Sequence record: SRR31156797_3844
Reading direction: 5' to 3' (one strand)
DNA length: 54,638 bases
The position numbers and the translations under genes are program-made. Below are positions 47,894 to 54,638 of the stretch, piece by piece. Every line of letters starts with the position of its first letter. Positions within the stretch are counted from its first letter, which is position 1. The notes under the pieces are model-generated. The model had not been told where the DNA came from. It did not search any database and saw only the letters and a list, made by a program, of their open reading frames with translations.

Positions 47894-49069
47894 ATGGGTA
47901 TAAAAGCGACCTTACAAAAATATTTTAAAGGCGACCCTATTTTGTGGGGAGTGATAGCGGTGTTGGCTGCTATTTCATTACTGGCCGTATATAGTTCAAC
48001 GGGATCGTTGGCATATAAATACCAGGGAGGAAATACTTATTATTATATGTTTAAGCATTTTGTATTTCTATTGGTAGGAATTGCCACTATTTGGGGCATT
48101 CATCAAATGGATTACAGAAATTTTGCCAAGTATGCAACAGTGGCATTGTGGGTTTCCATAGGCTTATTGTTTATTACATTGATTACTGGAATGAGCCTGA
48201 ATCAGGCCTCTCGTTGGTTAACGGTTCCCGGCATCGGCATTTCATTTCAGCCATCCGAATTGGCTAAGTTGGCATTGGTCATGTATATCGCCAGAACACT
48301 CGCGCGACATCAGGACGCTGACGAAGGAGCCAAAGATGCTTTTAAACCTATTATGACATATGTAGCTGTTGTTTGTGGATTAATTTTTACAGAAGATTTC
48401 TCAACGGCTTTTTTAATTGGTTTTATTTCGTTCCTTCTCATGTTTATTGGGCGTGTGCCTTTTAAATATTTATTCGGAACCGTTGCTGCAGCAGCTCTTT
48501 TTGTTGCCTTAATTTTCCTGGCATCACCTTATTTACCATTTCTTCATAGAGCAGAAACCTGGAAAGCACGTATTGAGCGTTTTATGGATGACGACAATCA
48601 GGAATCTGAAGGAAGTTATCAGTCACGCCAGGCACAAATGGCAGTGGCTACAGGTGGTATTTTAGGGAAAGGACCTGGTAATAGTAAACAAAGAAATTTC
48701 TTACCTCATCCATATAGTGACTTCATTTTTGCCATTATAGTAGAAGAATGGGGAGCTATAGGTGCCTTGTTGGTGATTATGTGCTATGTGGTTTTCTTAT
48801 TTAGAGCAGGTGTAATTGTAAGAGGAAGCATGAGGACTTTTCCTGCATTTCTGGCCATAGGTCTGGCTTATCTACTGGTATTTCAAGGCTTCTTTAATAT
48901 GGGAGTAGCAGTAGGAATATTTCCTGTAACAGGACAGCCATTGCCTTTAGTGAGCATGGGAGGTACTTCAATTATTTTTACCTGCGTAGCGATGGGAGGA
49001 ATTCTTGCTGTAAGTAGAAACAACATGGAAGAGGCGCAGAAGTTAAAAGAAGAAACAGAGTTGGTCTAG
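47894..49069 (+). CDS. ftsW: SEDS peptidoglycan polymerase FtsW
   Basis: Multi-TM; RWL, FQPSELAK, SDFIFAIIVEEWG, PVTGQPLPLVSMGGTS. Confidence 0.95.
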   Translation: MGIKATLQKYFKGDPILWGVIAVLAAISLLAVYSSTGSLAYKYQGGNTYYYMFKHFVFLLVGIATIWGIHQMDYRNFAKYATVALWVSIGLLFITLITGMSLNQASRWLTVPGIGISFQPSELAKLALVMYIARTLARHQDADEGAKDAFKPIMTYVAVVCGLIFTEDFSTAFLIGFISFLLMFIGRVPFKYLFGTVAAAALFVALIFLASPYLPFLHRAETWKARIERFMDDDNQESEGSYQSRQAQMAVATGGILGKGPGNSKQRNFLPHPYSDFIFAIIVEEWGAIGALLVIMCYVVFLFRAGVIVRGSMRTFPAFLAIGLAYLLVFQGFFNMGVAVGIFPVTGQPLPLVSMGGTSIIFTCVAMGGILAVSRNNMEEAQKLKEETELV

Positions 49070-49147
49070 AAATTATTTATAGATAAAAACAAGAAGTGAC
49101 CCATAATAACAGAGTCACTTTTAACTACAATATCAAAGTTTAATAAG

Positions 49148-50233
49148 ATGAAGGTAATAATCAGCGGCGGAGGAACAGGAGGACATATATTTCCTGCTGT
49201 ATCCATAGCAAACGCCTTAAAAGAGACCGATTCAACCATTGAGATTCTTTTTGTTGGAGCAGAGGGTAAGATGGAAATGGAAAAAGTACCTGCTGCCGGA
49301 TATGATATTGTAGGTTTACCTGTGGCAGGTTTTCAGCGCAGGTTAACGTTAAAAAACATCACCTTCTTTTTTAAGCTGGCAGCCAGCATGCTCAAAGCAA
49401 GAAAGGTTGTAAAAGATTTTAATCCCGATGTAGTTGTTGGTGTAGGAGGATATGCAAGTGGACCTGTTTTACGTGTAGCTTCTCAAAAAGAGATACCGTC
49501 TATTATTCAGGAGCAGAATTCATTTCCGGGAGTTACCAATCGTATTTTAGCTAAAAAAGTAAGTAAAATATGCGTGGCCTATCCCGAAATGGATCGATTT
49601 TTTCCCGCTTCGAAGATTGTACTTACAGGTAATCCGATAAGACAAAACTTATTGAGCAAGGTCGATCGCAAAGAAGCAGCTGCTTATTTTGGCTTGGATC
49701 CTGATAAAAAAGTAGTATTTGTTACCGGAGGAAGTCTTGGAGCCAGAACGATTAATGAGGGAATAAAAGCAGGTTATCAACAATTGATTGATCAGGGGGT
49801 GCAATTGATATGGCAAACCGGAAAATATTACTATGATCAAATCACAAAAGAAGTTCCGGAAAATGATCAAATAAAAATAATGGCTTTTGTTGATAAAATG
49901 GAAGCTGCGTTTTCTTTAGCAGATGTAGTAGTTTCAAGAGCAGGAGCATCTTCTATCTCGGAGATTGCATTATTAGGTAAAGCTACCGTATTTGTTCCTT
50001 CGCCAAATGTATCCGAAGATCATCAGACCAAAAATGCGATGGCATTGGTTAAGGAAGATGCCGCTGAGATGGTGGCAGATAAAGATGTAGCAGACCATCT
50101 TGTTTCTAAAGTTTTAGGACTAATCAGCAATGAAGAACGTCTGACATTACTTAAAAAGAATGTAGCAGGTTTTGCAAAGCCTGATGCAGCAAAACATATT
50201 GTGGAAGAACTAATGCTCTTAGTAAAAAAATAG
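49148..50233 (+). CDS. murG: Lipid II GlcNAc transferase MurG
   Basis: GGGTGGHIFPA, GGYASGP, EQN, GNPIR, GGSLGA, SRAGA, HQTKNA. Confidence 0.98.
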   Translation: MKVIISGGGTGGHIFPAVSIANALKETDSTIEILFVGAEGKMEMEKVPAAGYDIVGLPVAGFQRRLTLKNITFFFKLAASMLKARKVVKDFNPDVVVGVGGYASGPVLRVASQKEIPSIIQEQNSFPGVTNRILAKKVSKICVAYPEMDRFFPASKIVLTGNPIRQNLLSKVDRKEAAAYFGLDPDKKVVFVTGGSLGARTINEGIKAGYQQLIDQGVQLIWQTGKYYYDQITKEVPENDQIKIMAFVDKMEAAFSLADVVVSRAGASSISEIALLGKATVFVPSPNVSEDHQTKNAMALVKEDAAEMVADKDVADHLVSKVLGLISNEERLTLLKKNVAGFAKPDAAKHIVEELMLLVKK

Positions 50234-50237
50234 TTCG

Positions 50238-51611
50238 ATGGATTTTGATAAAGTAAATAGTGTATTTTTTATTGGTATCGGAGGGATTGGAATGAGTGCC
50301 CTCGCCAGGTATTTTAAAGCAAATAGCTATGCTGTAACCGGCTATGACCGTACGCCTACTTTATTAACCAGCGAACTGGAAAAAGAAGGAATAACCATTT
50401 GTTTCGAAGATAATGTTGCCTTGATTCAGGAAGAATATAAAAGTCCGGTTACTACACTTATTGTGTATACACCGGCTATTCCTGATGATCATAATCAATT
50501 AAATTATTTCAAGCAACAGGGCTTTAATATAAAAAAGCGATCACAGGTTTTAGGTTTATTGACTTGTCAGCGAAAGGGTGTTTGCGTAGCAGGAACCCAT
50601 GGAAAGACAACTATTTCCACCATGATTGCACATTTATTAAAGCAATCAAAAGTAGATTGTAGTGCTTTTCTAGGAGGTGTCTCTCAAAATTACAAAACGA
50701 ATCTTTTACTATCCGATCAATCGGATTATGTGGTATTGGAGGCTGATGAGTTTGATCGTTCATTTTTAAGGTTGTCACCATATTTAGCATTAATATCCAG
50801 TGCAGATGCAGATCACTTGGACATTTATGGAGATGACAGTTCTGTAAAAGAATCATTTCAGGAGTTTGCTGCATTGGTAAAACCAGGTGGCACTTTGTTA
50901 ACTAAAAAAGAAATTGAATTAGTATTCAATCCAAATGATAAGGTTAAACATTATCAGTATTCTTTAAACGACAATAAAGCTGATTTTTACGCAGAAAATA
51001 TACGTCTAATTAATGGAGCCTATCATTTTGATTTACAAACTCCGGAAGAAATAATTCCTGATATAGAGGTTGGCATCCCTGGATTGGTAAATGTTGAAAA
51101 TGCAGTGGGAGCATGTTCTGTCGCTTATCTTACAGGTGTAGAAGAACTGGAAATGAAAAAGGCATTACCTGAATTTAAAGGTATTCGTCGTCGATTTGAT
51201 TATCGCATCAAGACTGAAGATTTAGTCTTAATCGATGATTACGCACATCATCCAGAAGAGATTAATGCCACAGTAAAATCGGTAAGAGCACTGTATCCTG
51301 ATAAAAGGTTAACAGGCGTATTTCAGCCGCATTTATTTTCCCGAACCAACGATTTCCATCGCGAGTTTGCACAAAGTTTAAGTAAACTGGACGAACTTAT
51401 TATGCTTGACATTTATCCCGCAAGGGAAAAGCCAATGGAAGGTGTGAATTCTCAAATGATCTTAGATTTAGTTGACTTAGATGTTAAAATATTGTCAACT
51501 AAAAAAGAATTGATGGAAAATATTCAGGCATTAAAACCGGAATTATTATTGATGATGGGTGCCGGAGATATTGATAAGGAAATTGACAAAGTGGTGGAAT
51601 TTTTGGGGTAA
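50238..51611 (+). CDS. murC: UDP-MurNAc:L-Ala ligase MurC
   Basis: IGIGGIGMSALA, AGTHGKTT, EADEFDRSF, DDYAHHPEEI, FQPHLFSRT. Confidence 0.98.
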   Translation: MDFDKVNSVFFIGIGGIGMSALARYFKANSYAVTGYDRTPTLLTSELEKEGITICFEDNVALIQEEYKSPVTTLIVYTPAIPDDHNQLNYFKQQGFNIKKRSQVLGLLTCQRKGVCVAGTHGKTTISTMIAHLLKQSKVDCSAFLGGVSQNYKTNLLLSDQSDYVVLEADEFDRSFLRLSPYLALISSADADHLDIYGDDSSVKESFQEFAALVKPGGTLLTKKEIELVFNPNDKVKHYQYSLNDNKADFYAENIRLINGAYHFDLQTPEEIIPDIEVGIPGLVNVENAVGACSVAYLTGVEELEMKKALPEFKGIRRRFDYRIKTEDLVLIDDYAHHPEEINATVKSVRALYPDKRLTGVFQPHLFSRTNDFHREFAQSLSKLDELIMLDIYPAREKPMEGVNSQMILDLVDLDVKILSTKKELMENIQALKPELLLMMGAGDIDKEIDKVVEFLG

Positions 51612-51768
51612 TTTCCTAATTCTGGGCTAACAATGCCAAATTTTGGAAAAACATATAAACAAATCGTTAATAAAAAGAACTTAATTGTTTATAAGTAAGT
51701 GGATTTGAATATAGCCTTTTTTTGATTTATCGAATATATTTATGCGTAATTGAACTTAGGAGTAAAGT

Positions 51769-52500
51769 ATGGTGACGAAAGTTAAAAATATGATTTTGTG
51801 GGGCTTAGTACTAGCATACTTTCCCGTGCTATTTGCTTTTGTTTCCAATGGCAAAAGCAAGGTAGTTTGTTCCGATGTTCAGGTGGTGGTAAAAGATAGT
51901 TTAGAAACCGGATTTATCACTTCAGCACAAATGCGAAATGTGTTGTTGAAAAAATATCCTGCTATTCTAGGCAATGCGCTTCAAGAGGTAGATTGTGAAG
52001 AAATTGAGCAATTTATCAAAAAACATGAGGCCATTAAATCTTGTGAAGCCTATTATACCGTTGGCGGAAGATTGAATGTGGAGCTAGAACAAAGAAAACC
52101 TATTTGTCGCGTTTTTTCAGGTTATGATTCCTGGTATTTAGATGAGAACGGTGATGAAATGCCATTGTTTAAACAATATGCCGCACACACATTGGTTGTA
52201 AGCGGACATATGAACAAACTGGACAGTCTGAACGAAGTGATAGATTTTGTAAAGTTTATCAATGCAAATGAATTCTGGAAGGCACAGATCGAACAAGTTT
52301 ATGTAGAATCAAACGGAGAGTTTTCGTTAGCTCCCCGCGTTGGTGATCAAATTATATATTTAGGGTCGCTTGAAAATTATCCTGTTAAGATGAGAAACCT
52401 ATACGCTTTGTATAAAAATGGTTTACATCCAAGAGAATGGAATAATTACAAGGAGATCAATTTAAAGTTTGAAGGTCAGGTAATTTGTACAAAAAAATAA
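51769..52500 (+). CDS. ftsQ: Cell division protein FtsQ
   Basis: N-terminal TM, POTRA-like region, QRKPICR, INLKFEGQVICTKK; position before ftsA. Confidence 0.88.
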   Translation: MVTKVKNMILWGLVLAYFPVLFAFVSNGKSKVVCSDVQVVVKDSLETGFITSAQMRNVLLKKYPAILGNALQEVDCEEIEQFIKKHEAIKSCEAYYTVGGRLNVELEQRKPICRVFSGYDSWYLDENGDEMPLFKQYAAHTLVVSGHMNKLDSLNEVIDFVKFINANEFWKAQIEQVYVESNGEFSLAPRVGDQIIYLGSLENYPVKMRNLYALYKNGLHPREWNNYKEINLKFEGQVICTKK

Positions 52501-52553
52501 AGTAGTGTAAATCCCATTTTGGGGCTATTACATTCGGCAAAAACAATTTAAGC

Positions 52554-53897
52554 ATGAATGATACATCCAATATAATTGCTGCTATCGACATCGGTACCAC
52601 AAAAATTGTAGCTGTTGTTGGACAAAAAACAGAGGACGGGAGACTTCATATCGTTGGTATTGAAAAAGTACCATCGACAGGTGTGAAGAGAGGTGTTGTA
52701 CTAAACATTGAGGAAACAGTGAACGCTATTAAAGATGTTGTTTTTAACATCGAAAGTAAATATGGTATTCAACTGCACGATGTATATGTGGGCATTGCCG
52801 GTCAGCATATTAAAAGCTTACAAAACAGAGGTTATCGTTATATTGAAACCAATCATGAGATTACGCAATATGACGTGGATCAATTGTACAAGGATAATTT
52901 TAAAATCCCATTAGAAGCTGGTGAAAATATCTTACATGTATTTTCGCAGGATTATGTGGTGGATAACGAAAACGGGGTTAAGAATCCAATTGGTATGTCA
53001 GGCCGTCGTTTAGAAGGCAACTATCATATTGTTTTGGGGAGAATAGCCTCCGTAAATAACATTGAAAAATGTATCAACCGCGTAGGCTTAAAACTCAATC
53101 ATATGATTTTAGAGCCGATGGCTTCAGCTCGTTCAGTATTAACTGATGAAGAGAAAGAAGCCGGTGTAGTTTTAGTAGACATAGGTGGTGGTACAACTGA
53201 TGTCGCTATTTTCTATGATGGAGTTATTCAACACACAGCAGTCATTCCATTTGGAGGTAATGTGGTAACCTCTGACGTGAAAGAAGGCTGTGCAGTATTG
53301 CAAAAACAAGCTGAAGCATTAAAAACTCAGTTTGGTTCGGCTTTAGGTGATTTAGAACGTGAAGACATGGTGGTTACGATTCCAGGCATTGAAGGATGGG
53401 AACCTAAAGAGATCTCTTTTAAATCATTAGCCTACATCATTCAGGCACGTATGGAAGAAATCGTTGACTACGTGATGTATCAGATTGAATGCTCAAAGCT
53501 ATACGATAAACTAGGTGCCGGTATTGTATTAACCGGAGGAGGTTCTTTACTAAAGAATTTACCTCAATTAGTTAAATACAGAACAGGTCTTGAGGTTCGC
53601 ATTGGCACACCAAATAAATATTTGGCTCCAACAAATAACGAGGAGACTAATAAACCAATGTTCTCAACCAGTGTAGGTTTATTGCTTAGCGCGATGGACA
53701 ATCCGGTAAAGAAAATTGTAGAGCAGGAACTATTTTCCGATGAATTTGACGAAGTTGATTCTTCTCTAAAGAAAACGAGTCAACCTCGTAAAGAGAAAAA
53801 ACGTAGAGAAAAACCTGAATATACTACAGGCGACTTATTTGGTGGTATAAAAAAGACCATTGCAGGAATATTCGACGAGAAAGACGTGGAAATGTAG
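52554..53897 (+). CDS. ftsA: Cell division protein FtsA
   Basis: DIGTTKI, VDIGGGTTD, IIQARMEEI, VLTGGGSLL. Confidence 0.98.
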   Translation: MNDTSNIIAAIDIGTTKIVAVVGQKTEDGRLHIVGIEKVPSTGVKRGVVLNIEETVNAIKDVVFNIESKYGIQLHDVYVGIAGQHIKSLQNRGYRYIETNHEITQYDVDQLYKDNFKIPLEAGENILHVFSQDYVVDNENGVKNPIGMSGRRLEGNYHIVLGRIASVNNIEKCINRVGLKLNHMILEPMASARSVLTDEEKEAGVVLVDIGGGTTDVAIFYDGVIQHTAVIPFGGNVVTSDVKEGCAVLQKQAEALKTQFGSALGDLEREDMVVTIPGIEGWEPKEISFKSLAYIIQARMEEIVDYVMYQIECSKLYDKLGAGIVLTGGGSLLKNLPQLVKYRTGLEVRIGTPNKYLAPTNNEETNKPMFSTSVGLLLSAMDNPVKKIVEQELFSDEFDEVDSSLKKTSQPRKEKKRREKPEYTTGDLFGGIKKTIAGIFDEKDVEM

Positions 53898-53906
53898 TGA
53901 AGTTAA

Positions 53907-53962
53907 AAAGTTGAAAGTTGAAAGCTAAAAGTCTTATGTCCTTTATCTTTCTACTTTTGTCT
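53907..53962. repeat. Heptamer repeat hairpin between ftsA and ftsZ
   Basis: AAAGTTG AAAGTTG AAAGCTA AAAGTCT followed by complementary-type heptamers CCTTTAT CTTTCTA CTTTTGT. Confidence 0.6.
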
Positions 53963-53975
53963 AAAATTATATAAC

Positions 53976-54638
53976 ATGAGTGAGGAATTAATGAATTTTG
54001 ACATACCTCAAAACCGTAATTGTATAATCAAAGTAATTGGCGTAGGAGGCGGTGGTAGTAATGCGGTTAATCACATGTTCAATCAGGGCATTAAGGATGT
54101 TAATTTTATGGTGTGTAACACCGATGAACAAGCCTTGGCCAACAGCCCTGTGCCTATCAAAGTACAATTAGGGGAATCGCTTACTGAAGGAAGAGGAGCC
54201 GGTAATAAACCCGAAAAAGGGAAACAGGCTGCCATTGAAAACATTGGAGATATAGAAAGTGTACTTGGCGATAATACCAAAATGGTATTTATTACAGCAG
54301 GTATGGGTGGAGGAACCGGAACTGGAGCCGCTCCTATTATAGCAGAAGCTGCCCGTAAAATGGGAATTCTTACTGTTGGAATTGTCACCATTCCTTTTAA
54401 GTTTGAAGGTAAGCTTCGCATCAACCAGGCTTTAGATGGCATCTCCGAAATGGAGAAAAACGTAGACTCATTACTTGTCATTAACAATGAGAAATTACGT
54501 GAAATGTATGGTGACTTAAAGTTATCCAATGCCTTCTCCAAAGCAGATGATGTACTTTCTACCGCAGCTAAAGGAATTGCAGAAATCATTACTGTCCACG
54601 GTTATATCAATGTTGACTTTGCCGATGTGGAAACGGTA
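53976..54638 (+). CDS. ftsZ: Cell division protein FtsZ (5' part, truncated by window end)
   Basis: Missing from the ORF track; read by hand from the ATG at 53976: MSEELMNFDIPQNRNCIIKVIGVGGGGSNAVNHM...AGMGGGTGTGAAP...INVDFADVETV. Confidence 0.98.
   Translation, partial: MSEELMNFDIPQNRNCIIKVIGVGGGGSNAVNHMFNQGIKDVNFMVCNTDEQALANSPVPIKVQLGESLTEGRGAGNKPEKGKQAAIENIGDIESVLGDNTKMVFITAGMGGGTGTGAAPIIAEAARKMGILTVGIVTIPFKFEGKLRINQALDGISEMEKNVDSLLVINNEKLREMYGDLKLSNAFSKADDVLSTAAKGIAEIITVHGYINVDFADVETV

Noticed and set aside
49094-49120. Small hairpin AAGTGAC / GTCACTT between ftsW and murG
   Set aside because: Short stem with a 13-nt loop inside a conserved operon; too weak to call a terminator.
477-50874. 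Many 60-150 aa ORFs nested in or antisense to long genes (for example 477-794, 29211-29672, 36387-36722, 38751-39098, 45243-45440)
   Set aside because: They overlap well-supported genes and show no recognisable motifs; expected shadow ORFs.
54083-54589. 168-aa minus-strand ORF
   Set aside because: Antisense shadow of ftsZ, which the ORF track missed because it has no stop codon inside the window.
39911-54638. Absence of murF and ddl from the dcw cluster, PASTA domain on FtsI, loop insertion in MraY
   Set aside because: These are usual features of Bacteroidota dcw clusters.

Overview
AT-rich chromosomal segment of a Bacteroidota bacterium, inferred from T9SS C-terminal domains, TAnnTTTG promoters, DUF4494 and a Bacteroidota-type dcw cluster; a Marinilabiliales-like origin is my inference. 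The left part (1-19.3 kb) holds housekeeping and accessory genes: a CorC/HlyC fragment, ppiD-like PPIase, a probable PPi-dependent PEP carboxykinase, DUF4494, an ACP-like protein lacking the phosphopantetheine Ser, an ECF sigma/FecR/STN trio, a LamG-EEP lipoprotein, GHL10, SRPBCC-GyrI, an FNR-like reductase, rlmN, a tail-less SSB and a lipoprotein. The centre (19.7-37.2 kb) is a three-gene operon of giant T9SS-secreted proteins: a beta-helix protein with a dockerin and a cohesin-like domain, a scaffoldin-like protein with three cohesin-like domains, and a 3020-aa CARDB/Calx-beta protein with a Cys/Gly-rich insert. Together they look like a cellulosome-style cohesin-dockerin assembly with no recognisable glycoside hydrolase. 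Directly behind, between two convergent terminators, is a non-coding array of 14-bp palindromes (TGCACAnnTGTGCA) repeated every 41-42 bp. The right part holds glsB/glsA-like amino-lipid acyltransferases and the dcw cluster from mraZ to ftsZ (ftsZ truncated by the window edge). No rRNA, tRNA, cas gene or mobile element was recognised. All domain calls come from reading motifs by eye, not from database searches.
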